A DNA stretch of 62,463 nt, the filler included. It is 8 parts of 8 records of this genome, joined end to end, with 100 filler letters (N's around TTAATTAATTAA, not from the genome) between each part and the next. Parts side by side here need not be neighbours in the genome. Positions count along the whole stretch, not along the records: positions 47,847 to 57,001 come from SRR31156797_56173; 7 more parts are not named here. One strand, 5' to 3'. The notes under the pieces were generated by a model. That model was not told the origin of the DNA, ran no database searches, and saw nothing but the letters and a program-made list of their open reading frames with translations. This document shows positions 47,847 to 57,101 of the stretch, piece by piece. Numbering within the stretch: position 1 is the first letter of the stretch; every line of letters begins with the position of its first letter. The position numbers were made by a program, and so were the translations under genes.

Positions 47847-48110
47847 GAGCAGGCCGGAGACCCCATTGAAGAGACCCTGAAGGAGTTCAGGCAGGCCGCC
47901 GCCGCCACCAATCACATGGCAACCTCCCTGGACACCACCTCCCGGACGGTGGACGAGATGATGTGGGTCAACGCCGGCAGCATCAAGGAGATGGTGGAGA
48001 ACCTGAAAACCGCCTCGGAAAACCTGAAGCAGATGAGCCAGGATCTCAAGCGCTATCCCGGCCGACTGCTCTTTGATCCGCCCCCGGGAAAAAAGGAGGA
48101 AAGACAATGA
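47847..48110 (+). CDS. MCE/MlaD family protein, C-terminal helical part
   Basis: Helical tail ending NLK.ASENLK..SQDLKRYPGRLLF. ATGA-coupled to a PqiC-like lipoprotein. Confidence 0.7.
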   Translation, partial: EQAGDPIEETLKEFRQAAAATNHMATSLDTTSRTVDEMMWVNAGSIKEMVENLKTASENLKQMSQDLKRYPGRLLFDPPPGKKEERQ

Positions 48111-48721
48111 AAACCACACGCCCGCGATGCTTAATGGCCATGATGGCCGCACTCATGATGATTGGCGGCTGTTTTCCCCTGAAACGGCCGCCCGTTGAAA
48201 AACAACTCTACAGCCTGGAAGCAAGGCTCGAAGGAACTACCGGTTTCTCCAAGGCCCCGGTGGCCATCATGGTCAAGGAATTTGAGATCGCCCCCATGTA
48301 CACCACCAACGCCTTTGTTTACCGCAGGGGAGAATTCCGGTTTGAAACCGACTATTACCATGAATTCATCATCCCGCCCCAGCGAATGATCACCGAGGCG
48401 ATCAAGCAGGCCCTGTTTGACACCCAGCGGTTCACCGCCGCCGGCCCGGGGACGCCTGCCGCCTATCGGCTGTCGGGCAAGGTGGTCCGGCTCCACGGCG
48501 ACTTCAGCAAACCCGGGCAGCCCCTTGCACTGATGGAGCTCTCCATCTCCCTTGTTCCCACCGGAAAAGAGGGCCGTCCGGTATCAAAGACCTTTACCCG
48601 GGAACTGGCCCTCACGGACCCGGCCCCCGCAACCCTTGTCAGGGCATGGAACACCCTGCTCGAGGAAATCATCCGGGAGTTCATGGCCGGGCTTCCCCCA
48701 ACCCGGCCGGACGGACAATAA
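48107..48721 (+). CDS. PqiC-like ABC transport auxiliary lipoprotein
   Basis: Lipobox IGGC, FVYRRG...DYYHEF..PP..MI, LSGKVVRLHGDF. Confidence 0.75.
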   Translation: MKTTRPRCLMAMMAALMMIGGCFPLKRPPVEKQLYSLEARLEGTTGFSKAPVAIMVKEFEIAPMYTTNAFVYRRGEFRFETDYYHEFIIPPQRMITEAIKQALFDTQRFTAAGPGTPAAYRLSGKVVRLHGDFSKPGQPLALMELSISLVPTGKEGRPVSKTFTRELALTDPAPATLVRAWNTLLEEIIREFMAGLPPTRPDGQ

Positions 48722-48741
48722 CCAAGGGGAGCCCCCATCGG

Positions 48742-50910
48742 TTAGAACCGGTACGTTACCGTGCAGTCAACCGTTCTGGGGGCGCCCACATTGCCCATGA
48801 TCAAGCCCCCGCCGACATTAAAGCCCGAGGTGTGGTACTGCTTGTCCCCCAGGTTTTTGCAGGAAACGGTGACATCCCAGTTTTCCCATTCATACCCCGC
48901 CTTTACATGGGCGAGGGTATAGGCTTCCTGCCGGTATTTATTGGCCCGGTCAAAATAAAAGCCGTCATTGCCCGCAAGTTCCGCCCTGAGATACACCCCG
49001 GACGGCATGCGGTATTGCGCCGCCAGACTATACTCATATTCAGGGGTACAGGAAATATTGTTTCCAGTGAAATTCTCGCCGGTGGCCGGTTCGATATAAT
49101 CATCGTATTTCCCGTTGAGGTAGCCCAGGGAACCGATGATATCAACACCGGGAAGGGGCCGCCACATCAATTCCGCTTCAAATCCCCATATGGTCGCCCT
49201 GGCCGCATTGGCCTGGATGACGGTCTTGGCATCCTGGGACACCCGGTCCTGGTAATCGTCCACATCGGAATAAAAACCGGTGAGGTTCACAAGAAGACGG
49301 TTTTCAAGCCAGGTGGTCTTCATGCCCACCTCATAGGTCCAGATCGTCTCGGGATGAAATTCCACATACTTCGCATCCAGGACGGCATGGCTGTAACCGC
49401 CGGCCTTGTAGCCCTTGGCCGCACTCATATATGCCATGATATCGGCGGTGAACCGGTAATCAACGGCCAGTTTGGGCAACAGTTCGGTATTCTTCTGACG
49501 GGCATCCACATTGGGCGTAATGGCCATGCCGCCAAAGAAGACATCCCGGTCCATTGCCCGCTCCGCCTGCTCCCATCGCAACCCTGCCGAGACCCCCAAC
49601 GCCTCATCAAGGAACCGGTATCCGGCCTTGCCGAAAACCGCATAGGTTTCAGCGTCGAATTCGGCGTCGTAGGCCATTTCCGTTCCCGCCGGCGTGCCGG
49701 GACCAAACGCATCCGCCGAATCGGCGAGATATCCGGTCCGGGCGTCACATGTTTTGTTGGAATAAAATCCCCCGGCCACCCAGGTAAAGGGACCGGCATC
49801 CTCGGGGGACGAAAACCGGATCTCCTCACTCCACTGGGTTGTCCGGGTTTCATCAAAACCGATAAACAGCGGTTCCGGGGAAAAGTCGCCATCCAGGGTA
49901 TCTTCGCTGTCCAGGTGTTTCCGGGCGGTGATGGCGACGACATCAAACCAGGGAAGCGCATGGGAGATGCGCAGGGATTGGCTGTTCCTGCTCAGATCCG
50001 CCGTTCCGATATAATCCTGCCAGCTTTGAAAATCCTTTAATTCCGGGCTGCCGTAAGTCGTTTCATACAACGCTTTATCATGGGCCAGGTTGGACCATCC
50101 CCCGTCATCGTACTCCTCCCCGGCCAGGGTGAGTTGAACGTCCCATTTTTCCGTGGGGGTCCAGCGCACCTGGCCCCGGAAACTTGCGGTTTCCCGATAA
50201 TCCACATCTTCCCCCCCAAAGCGGTTTTCAATATACCCGTCGCGTTTGTTGTATAACCCGGAGAGTCCCAAAAAGAGCTTGTCCTTTATGACAGGCCCCC
50301 GTATGCCGGCCTGGACCTCATGGGCATTAAACGTGCCCATTTTTGCCTTGACACTGCCTTCCAGGGTGTTGCCCGGTTTTTTCGTGATGATGTTGATCAC
50401 CCCCGCCTCGGTGTTTTGCCCGTAAAGGGTTCCCTGGGGGCCCCTGAGCACCTCGATCCGTTCGATGTCGAACAGGGAATTGTTGAAATCATAAAAATCC
50501 GATGTGGGCACGTCATCAATGTACATGGTCAGGGCGGGATCACCAAAAGCGGTGTTGCTGATCCCGCGAACGTTGAAGATACTGAAATACACCCGGCTGG
50601 CCGCCTCATAGCTCCGGAAATTGGGCACATAGGTATCGATATCAAAGGTCGAGCCGATCCCTGAATCCTCGATGTTGACGTCGGACAGGGCGGAAACACT
50701 TGTGGGAACCTCCTGGAGGTTCTCTTCCCGCTTTTCCGCCGTCACCGTCATGGTATCCAGTTCATATTTTGTCCGCCCCTCCTTTTCCGGTGCGGCCGCC
50801 TGTTCCTCGGCCTGTCCCCGGGCCGGACCCGCAATGGCCGGATACGGCCCCATCACCGCAAACAGAAAAACAATTGACAATACCGTCTTTCCCCATGGTT
50901 TTATTTTCAT
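48742..50910 (-). CDS. TonB-dependent receptor, siderophore (FyuA-like) type
   Basis: Signal peptide, TonB box DTMTVTAEKRE, DIERIEVLRGPQGTLYG.N..AGVINI, KGYKAGG, terminal TVTYRF. Start could be 50919. Confidence 0.93.
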   Translation of the reverse strand: MKIKPWGKTVLSIVFLFAVMGPYPAIAGPARGQAEEQAAAPEKEGRTKYELDTMTVTAEKREENLQEVPTSVSALSDVNIEDSGIGSTFDIDTYVPNFRSYEAASRVYFSIFNVRGISNTAFGDPALTMYIDDVPTSDFYDFNNSLFDIERIEVLRGPQGTLYGQNTEAGVINIITKKPGNTLEGSVKAKMGTFNAHEVQAGIRGPVIKDKLFLGLSGLYNKRDGYIENRFGGEDVDYRETASFRGQVRWTPTEKWDVQLTLAGEEYDDGGWSNLAHDKALYETTYGSPELKDFQSWQDYIGTADLSRNSQSLRISHALPWFDVVAITARKHLDSEDTLDGDFSPEPLFIGFDETRTTQWSEEIRFSSPEDAGPFTWVAGGFYSNKTCDARTGYLADSADAFGPGTPAGTEMAYDAEFDAETYAVFGKAGYRFLDEALGVSAGLRWEQAERAMDRDVFFGGMAITPNVDARQKNTELLPKLAVDYRFTADIMAYMSAAKGYKAGGYSHAVLDAKYVEFHPETIWTYEVGMKTTWLENRLLVNLTGFYSDVDDYQDRVSQDAKTVIQANAARATIWGFEAELMWRPLPGVDIIGSLGYLNGKYDDYIEPATGENFTGNNISCTPEYEYSLAAQYRMPSGVYLRAELAGNDGFYFDRANKYRQEAYTLAHVKAGYEWENWDVTVSCKNLGDKQYHTSGFNVGGGLIMGNVGAPRTVDCTVTYRF

Positions 50911-50993
50911 CCTTATCATCCTTTTTTTTACACATCGTTAAAATATTTGGGATGACTTATTTATCTGGGTGTAAGAAAATCATCTACCCATGG

Positions 50994-51022
50994 ACGGATT
51001 TTTTTCAACCCCGTCACGGATT
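50994..51022. promoter_or_regulatory. Candidate AraC-family binding site (direct repeat)
   Basis: ACGGATT at 50994 and 51016 (22-bp spacing) upstream of the receptor gene. Confidence 0.45.
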
Positions 51023-51068
51023 AAAAAATCGGGGAGAGGGCAATGCCCGGATCAAAACCACTGAAAGG

Positions 51069-52079
51069 TCAAAGGGTGAAACCGTTTCTTTTCCTTACTT
51101 CCGATAGAAAATACCCCGGATTGATCCCGAATTGCTTTTTGAACGCCGCGGCAAAATGGCTGGGATTGGTATACCCCACACAGGATGACACTTCGGCAAC
51201 GTTTTTCCGGGTCTCTTCAAAGAGGCACCTGGCACATTCCATCCGGTATGCGTGCAAAAACCCGAACACCGTGCTGCCAAACAATTGACGGAACCCGATT
51301 TTGAGCTTGTAATCATTGAGACCGACCTTTCTGGCCAATTCCATCAGGGACGGCGGTTCCTGTATGTTGCGGATTAGAACGTCCCTGGCTTCATGGACCC
51401 GTTCGATATCCCCCGAACGTAATACGGGTTTTTGATCCTTTTTGTTCCGGCCGGCCGCCAATGCCGCCAATTGATGCACCAGCAGCTCCATCACCTTGGT
51501 CTCGAGATACAATTGCTTGATTGCCCCGGCATAGGGACAGTTCAGGATTTGATGGATCACCATTTTCATGGAAGCGGTAACATCACCGGCCTGGTAGTAC
51601 AATTTTTCAACACCACCGGCAATATCGCAGATATCACCGGGAATGCCATCAAAGCGGCCATCTAAAAACCCGCCCAGGGCCCAGGCGTCTATCCGGATCA
51701 CAACAAAGACCATGGGGGGACCTGCACAGTATTGCACCCTACCGTTGGGCTCCGGAAAAAAAGACAGGTTGCACATCCCCGAATTCATTACCAGGTCATC
51801 CTGAAACCCGCGAACCTGACTCAGAATACTCCCTGAAACACAGAAACAGCATTCCAGAAATGCGGATGTCTCGGTCACTTCCGCCACGGTATTTTCCTTG
51901 GTTTCACAGTTCATAAGCAGGAGTTTCACACCGGGACGGATCTCTATCTCCTTTATGAATCCCTTGCCAATCCTGCCGGAGAATTTCCTGACGGTTTCAA
52001 AACGGTCCGAAGTATTTGAAGACCGCCCCTTTCTCATTATCTTTTCAAAACTCTCATCGTGCCTGACGGATCTGCTCAT
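51069..52079 (-). CDS. AraC family regulator, PchR/YbtA-like
   Basis: LYLETKVMELL, PPSLMELARKVGLNDYKLK.GFRQLFGSTVFG, VGYTNPSHFAAAFKKQFGINP. Confidence 0.92.
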   Translation of the reverse strand: MSRSVRHDESFEKIMRKGRSSNTSDRFETVRKFSGRIGKGFIKEIEIRPGVKLLLMNCETKENTVAEVTETSAFLECCFCVSGSILSQVRGFQDDLVMNSGMCNLSFFPEPNGRVQYCAGPPMVFVVIRIDAWALGGFLDGRFDGIPGDICDIAGGVEKLYYQAGDVTASMKMVIHQILNCPYAGAIKQLYLETKVMELLVHQLAALAAGRNKKDQKPVLRSGDIERVHEARDVLIRNIQEPPSLMELARKVGLNDYKLKIGFRQLFGSTVFGFLHAYRMECARCLFEETRKNVAEVSSCVGYTNPSHFAAAFKKQFGINPGYFLSEVRKRNGFTL

Positions 52080-52202
52080 GGGCCATCTCCACCTCAAAAT
52101 ATCCCTGCTTCAATGGTCAAAGCTTGACAGCAAAAAAGCGTAACTCAACGGTATTCGGCAATCCAGCTTGCGCCGTTCCCGGTTGCGATTCCAGCGCCCG
52201 GA

Positions 52203-52262
52203 AAGTTTGGATAGCCAAATTTATTTTGCCAATTTTCTAATCCAAATAAAGAGATCTGTCAA
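52203..52262 (-). promoter_or_regulatory. sigma70 promoter with a downstream palindromic operator
   Basis: Minus strand TTGACA (52262-52257), 17 nt, TAGAAA (52239-52234). Palindrome AAGTTTGG-ATAG-CCAAATTT at 52203-52222. Confidence 0.55.
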
Positions 52263-52321
52263 GCGGATTGATACTTGGCGGTTTCAGCAAGCCCCGTCAC
52301 GGCCTTTGGGCCACCTCCTGC

Positions 52322-53176
52322 TCACTCCTTGATCATGAGAAGGACGGCCAAAAGGATGAGGCCGCTGCCCAGGTAACCTTCGAGTGTAAAGCGCTCCCCC
52401 CACCAGCACCAGGCGGTGAAGGCCGCCACCACCGGCTCTGCCGTGGCAATGATGGAGGCGCGCCCGGCCTCCATGCGTTTCAGGCCCGCATAATAAAAAT
52501 GGTAGGCCCCAAAGGTGGAAAGAAGGGCGATGGCCAGAAGGGCGGCCCATGCGGTCGGGCTCTTTTCCGCAAAAGAGAACCAGGGCAAAAGACAAAGCGC
52601 CCCGAACGGCAGCGTGTAGAAAAAGAGCACCGGCGCCGAGTACTTGTCGGAAAAGTACTTGCCAAAGATATAGTACAGGGAGTAGCAGAACCCGGCCAGG
52701 AGTCCGAACAGAACGGCCGCGCCCCCGTCAGACCCCATGGGACCGGCCAAAGACATGCCGGTGCCGGAAACCAGCACGATGCCGCCAAGGGTGAGCCCCA
52801 GGGCCGTCATCTTCCTGGGGGTGACAGGCTCCTTGAAGAAAAGCCGGGACAGGAGAAACACCCAGGCAGGTGCAGTATAGAGCAGCACCGAAGCAAGCGC
52901 CGCCCCGCCCCTGGCCACCGCCACCTGGTAGGAGCCGAAAAAAAGGGTGACACAGAGAAAACCGAACAGGGCCAGCCCCGGAAGATCCCGGGGACGCACC
53001 CGGACCCGCCGGGAGGCAAGGGCCTGGGCGGCGAACAGCAGCCAGGCCAGCACGGCCCGCCAGAACGCCACCTCCAACGGAGAAACCCCTTCGTGGAAGG
53101 CCAGCCTGGCAAAGGGGCCGAGCAGCCCCCAGAGCATGGCCGCCATCAAGATATAAATATATCCGAGTGTCTGCAT
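52322..53176 (-). CDS. EamA/DMT family transporter
   Basis: Ten TMs, AAMLWG, VAFWR, LLYTAPAW, ASIIATAEPVVA. Confidence 0.9.
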   Translation of the reverse strand: MQTLGYIYILMAAMLWGLLGPFARLAFHEGVSPLEVAFWRAVLAWLLFAAQALASRRVRVRPRDLPGLALFGFLCVTLFFGSYQVAVARGGAALASVLLYTAPAWVFLLSRLFFKEPVTPRKMTALGLTLGGIVLVSGTGMSLAGPMGSDGGAAVLFGLLAGFCYSLYYIFGKYFSDKYSAPVLFFYTLPFGALCLLPWFSFAEKSPTAWAALLAIALLSTFGAYHFYYAGLKRMEAGRASIIATAEPVVAAFTAWCWWGERFTLEGYLGSGLILLAVLLMIKE

Positions 53177-53311
53177 GGAACCTAGTTCATAGCCATTTCC
53201 CGATTTCTTGTCAAAATAAAAAACTTTCCTATTGAATAATCCGGTCCGGGTTGATACCTAATATCCGTGAGCAAAAACTCATAATCACCCTTAACCGAGC
53301 GAGGAGGAGAC

Positions 53312-53656
53312 ATGGAGAAAGTTGTCATAGTTGGATGCGGAGCGTACATGGACGCCGGATACGGCTGTCCCGGCGAATGGAGATGCCTCAAGGCGGCCGC
53401 CCTTGGCGATGGGAAATTTGAATCAGAATCCCAGGTGGTGGGATTTGTCAAGTGCGAATGCCCCGGCCGCACCCTGGTCCCCAACACGGGCATGACCATG
53501 AAGCTTGCCGAACTCAAACCGGACAAGCTCTATCTGTCGTCCTGCATGGCCAATGCCAAGCCCGACTGTCCCTATTCCACACCTGAAGAAAAGGCCGAGA
53601 TGCTCAAGGGTAAATTCGGCATCGATGTGGTCCTGGGCACCCACGATTACCACTGA
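53312..53656 (+). CDS. CGGC-domain metal-binding protein
   Basis: IVGC...CPG..RC, GFVKCECPG, LSSCM...CP, VVLGTH. Strong GGAGG RBS. Confidence 0.8.
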   Translation: MEKVVIVGCGAYMDAGYGCPGEWRCLKAAALGDGKFESESQVVGFVKCECPGRTLVPNTGMTMKLAELKPDKLYLSSCMANAKPDCPYSTPEEKAEMLKGKFGIDVVLGTHDYH

Positions 53657-53670
53657 TCGCCCTTAATACA

Positions 53671-53706
53671 GGGGAGGGGAAGCGCGATTCTCCCCTCCCT
53701 TTTTTT
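53671..53706 (+). terminator. Intrinsic terminator
   Basis: GGGAGGGGA...TCCCCTCCC followed by a T-run. Confidence 0.85.
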
Positions 53707-53766
53707 CCTCTTTACTATCCCCCGTACAAGGCCGGCCCGGCCAAGGGGGAACTTGGATCAAGGGAA

Positions 53767-55905
53767 TCATCCCCCTGTTTCCAGCCGGAAACGCCCGGAA
53801 AGGCCGGAAAGGCGATCATCGGTCCGGTTGTTGTTCAAGGCGATCTCCACGGCCCGCCGAGAACCCACCACGATGACGAGATCCCGGCCCCGGGTCATGG
53901 CCGTGTAGAGCAGGTTGCGCTGGAGCAACGGATAGTGCTGGGTGGTCATGGCGATCACCACGGCCGAGTATTCCGACCCCTGGGACTTGTGCACGGACAC
54001 GGCATAGGCAAGGGTGAGCTCGTCCAGCTCCAGGAGATCGTAATCCACGATCCTTCCGTCATAGTCCACGGAAAGCCGTCCCTCGGATTTCGCCACCTCG
54101 TGGACGATGCCGATGTCGCCGTTGAAGACGTCCTTCTGGTAGTTGTTCTTGAGGTGCATCACCTTATCGCCGGTCTTGAACACAAAGCCCCGGGCCTCGA
54201 TGCCCCCGGGATGGGTGTTGATCACCTGCTGGAGCCGCTGGTTCAGGTTGATGGTGCCGCTCTCTCCCCGGTGCATGGGGGTCAGCACCTGGATCTCGTC
54301 CACATGGGGAAAGGCTTTTCGGATCCGGTTGCTGCACAGCGCCACAATGGTCTCCACCACCCGTTCCGGGGAACCACTCTCGATGAAATAGAATTCGGAC
54401 AGCTCCTTGGCATTGTTTTCAAGGCTTGGCATCTCCCCCTTCCGGATGCAATGGGCGTTCCGCACAATGGGGCTCTGCTCCGCCTGGCGGAAAATCCGGG
54501 TCAGGGCAAAGGTCTTGACCGCCTCCGAGGCGATGAGGTCGGCCAGCACATTCCCCGGGCCCACCGAGGGCAGCTGGAAGATATCCCCCACCAGGATGAG
54601 CACGGCATTGACGGGCACGGCCTGGATGAGATGGTACATGAGCATGGTGTCCACCATGGAGGCCTCATCCACGATCACCACATCCGAATCCAGCGGGTTC
54701 ATGGGATTCCGGGCAAACTCCCCGGTATCGGGATCGCACAGGAGCAGCCGGTGCAGGGTGGAGGCCTTCTTATCCGTGACCTGGTGAAGCCGCCGGGCCG
54801 CCCGGCCCGTGGGGGCCGCGAGCGTAACGGTCTGGCGCAGCCGCTTGAACAGGGCGCACACCGCCCGGATCAGGGTGGTCTTGCCCGTACCCGGTCCGCC
54901 GGTGATCACCACCACCCGGTGGGCCAGCACCTGCTGCACCACCTCGATCTGCTCAGGGGAGAGCTGCACCGCGAGCCGCGAAAGCACCTCCTGGATGATC
55001 ACCTCATCGGACAGGCCGTGGGGCACCACCGGCACGGAAAGCATGGCCTTGATCCTTGCGGCAATGCCGGTTTCCGCCGTGTGGAGCCGCTTGAGATAGA
55101 CCGCCTCCCCCTCAACCACCACCTCGCCATCCTTCTCCAGGGCGTCAAGGGCCTGGTCCACGTCCCTGGCCCCGGTCAGGCCGATACACCGGCGACACAA
55201 TTCCTCTTTTTCCGCAAACACATGGCCGTCCGACTCCTGTCGGGTGAGCAGAAACACCAGGCAGGCCTTGATCCGCTCGGGATCGTCCGGTTTGCCCCCG
55301 GATTGAAGGGCAATGGTGTCCGCCACCTCAAACCCTGCCTCGGGCACCTCCCGGGAAACCGAATAGGGATCGTTCTTCAGGATGTCAAGGCTGTCGGTGC
55401 CATAGTGTTTCAGGATGGCCGAGGCATGGGAGATGCCCACCCCGTTGTCCTGGAGAAACTTCATCACCCGCCGCACCGCATGGTGCTTGTCCCAGGCACT
55501 GGTGATGAGGGCGGCCTTTGACGTCCCGATCCCCGGGACCTCCTTGAGCCGCCGGGGCTCGTTCTCGATCACCTCCAGGGCCTGCTCCTGGAAATGGTCC
55601 ACGATCCGTTTGGCCATGGTCATGCCGATCCCCTTGATGATCCCCGACCCCAGATAGCGCCGAATGCCGGCCGCAGTGGCGGGCAGGGTCACCTCAAAGG
55701 ACTCCACCTTGAACTGGTCCCCGTACTTGGGATGGGCCACCCACTGGCCCGTGAGCCGCAGGGTCTCCCCCTCGTTCACCCCGGGCATGGGCCCGACAGC
55801 CACCACCGAATCCCGGGTTTCCCGGGTCTTGATCCTGGCAATGGTGTAATGATTCTCCTCGTTGCGGAAGGTGATCCGCTCCAGGGTTCCCTGTAAAACG
55901 ATCAT
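53767..55905 (-). CDS. recD2: ATP-dependent RecD2 helicase
   Basis: N-terminal ERITF.N.ENHYT, HPKYG.QF, HhH GIG motifs, TGGPGTGKTT, DEASM, HKSQGSE, LLYTAMTR. Start ATG 55905 overlaps the gmhB stop. Confidence 0.93.
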   Translation of the reverse strand: MIVLQGTLERITFRNEENHYTIARIKTRETRDSVVAVGPMPGVNEGETLRLTGQWVAHPKYGDQFKVESFEVTLPATAAGIRRYLGSGIIKGIGMTMAKRIVDHFQEQALEVIENEPRRLKEVPGIGTSKAALITSAWDKHHAVRRVMKFLQDNGVGISHASAILKHYGTDSLDILKNDPYSVSREVPEAGFEVADTIALQSGGKPDDPERIKACLVFLLTRQESDGHVFAEKEELCRRCIGLTGARDVDQALDALEKDGEVVVEGEAVYLKRLHTAETGIAARIKAMLSVPVVPHGLSDEVIIQEVLSRLAVQLSPEQIEVVQQVLAHRVVVITGGPGTGKTTLIRAVCALFKRLRQTVTLAAPTGRAARRLHQVTDKKASTLHRLLLCDPDTGEFARNPMNPLDSDVVIVDEASMVDTMLMYHLIQAVPVNAVLILVGDIFQLPSVGPGNVLADLIASEAVKTFALTRIFRQAEQSPIVRNAHCIRKGEMPSLENNAKELSEFYFIESGSPERVVETIVALCSNRIRKAFPHVDEIQVLTPMHRGESGTINLNQRLQQVINTHPGGIEARGFVFKTGDKVMHLKNNYQKDVFNGDIGIVHEVAKSEGRLSVDYDGRIVDYDLLELDELTLAYAVSVHKSQGSEYSAVVIAMTTQHYPLLQRNLLYTAMTRGRDLVIVVGSRRAVEIALNNNRTDDRLSGLSGRFRLETGG

Positions 55906-56489
55906 GATTGTGGCGAAGATCCTTGGGTCCGGATGATCCATTCCACGGCCGCCATGAGATCCGGGGCCGTAAAATCGGGTTCGTTGTTCTCTTTTCGGAG
56001 GGTTTCAAGGGCCCTGCCGCCGTTTCCGGTCAGCACCAGCAGGGCATGGCCCAGCCCCGCGTTCCTGGCACACCCGATATCCTTGGCGGAATCCCCGACC
56101 ATGACGGCGGCGGCGGGATCGATCCCGTACCGGTCAAGGGCCTGGAGGATCAGGCCGGGTTTCGGCTTTCGGCAGGCGCAGTCCTCATCCGGGGCGTGGG
56201 GGCAATAGAAGATATCCTTGATCGTTCCCCCCTTTGCCGCAACCCCGGCCTTCATTTTTTCAAAGATGGCCGCAAGGTGGGGGCGGGTGGAGATGCCCCG
56301 GTTGATCATGGACTGGTTGGTGATGAGGATCACCTCGAATCCGGCGTTACAGAGCATCGCAATGGCCGTGTCGCTGCCGGGAATGAACCGGAACTCGTCC
56401 GCCGTCTTGATATAATCCGGGGAATCCTGGTTGATCACCCCGTCCCTGTCCAGAAATACGATGGGTTTGGTTTGCTTCATGGATGTCAT
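55902..56489 (-). CDS. gmhB: D-glycero-D-manno-heptose 1,7-bisphosphate phosphatase (HAD)
   Basis: FLDRDGVIN, ITNQS, CPH...C.CRKPKPG, MVGDSAKD. Confidence 0.9.
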   Translation of the reverse strand: MTSMKQTKPIVFLDRDGVINQDSPDYIKTADEFRFIPGSDTAIAMLCNAGFEVILITNQSMINRGISTRPHLAAIFEKMKAGVAAKGGTIKDIFYCPHAPDEDCACRKPKPGLILQALDRYGIDPAAAVMVGDSAKDIGCARNAGLGHALLVLTGNGGRALETLRKENNEPDFTAPDLMAAVEWIIRTQGSSPQS

Positions 56490-56492
56490 CCC

Positions 56493-57001
56493 TTACTCCG
56501 CCACGGCAAAGGCGCTGTCGGCGCCGTCCCGGATCAGCTGCCGGCCGAACCCCTCGGCCCGGGCAAGGCGGGTGAACCGGCCCACCCGGACCCGGTAAAA
56601 CCGGCCCCGGTAATCGGTGTACACCGTGATATGGGCATTCTTGTACCGTTTGCCCAGCTTCTTTTTGAGCCGCTCCGCATTGGTGCGATCCTTGAACGCC
56701 CCCACCTGCACGGTGAAATTGCCCTTGGAATAGTTCAGGGGGGTGTAGGTGACGGGTTGCTTGGAAGTGTAGGGATCGCTGCTGGCCCGGCCAAGGGCCA
56801 CGACCTTCACCGGCGCCGTGCCCGGCCCCACCACCCCGAGCTTTTTGGCCGCCGTATAGGAGAGATCGATGATCCGGCCCCGCACAAAGGGCCCCCGGTC
56901 ATTGACCCGGACCACAATGGATTTTTTGTTGGAAAGGTTGTAAACCCGCACCCAGGTGCCCAAGGGAAGGGTCTTATGGGCCGCGGTCATGGCGTACATG
57001 T
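56493..57001 (-). CDS. rlpA: Septal ring lytic transglycosylase RlpA with SPOR domain, 5' truncated
   Basis: MTAAHKTLPLG, VRVNDRGPF..GRIIDLS, VQVGAF...NA, YRVRVG. Confidence 0.92.
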
Positions 57002-57101
57002 NNNNNNNNNNNNNNNNNNNNNNNNNNNNNNNNNNNNNNNNNNNNTTAATTAATTAANNNNNNNNNNNNNNNNNNNNNNNNNNNNNNNNNNNNNNNNNNN
57101 N
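57002..57101. other. Artificial contig linker 7
   Basis: N44-TTAATTAATTAA-N44. Confidence 0.99.

Noticed and set aside
52085-52200. Cobalamin riboswitch in the AraC leader (GGGAA-CGGC-GCAA-GCTG)
   Set aside because: The GCCCCCGCAACTGT and B12-box elements are not visible. Only a small GNRA hairpin is supported. An Rfam scan would settle it.
138-55905. Two RecD-like helicases as parts of a defence system
   Set aside because: They are on different contigs from different organisms, each in a housekeeping context.
48646-57053. Long plus-strand ORFs of 464, 305, 528 and 381 aa
   Set aside because: Antisense to the TonB receptor, EamA, recD2 and gmhB/rlpA genes, as expected from codon bias.
5731-57101. 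Seven identical TTAATTAATTAA palindromes flanked by N runs
   Set aside because: Artificial contig linkers with six-frame stops. ORFs ending in them and apparent gene neighbourhoods across them are not biological.
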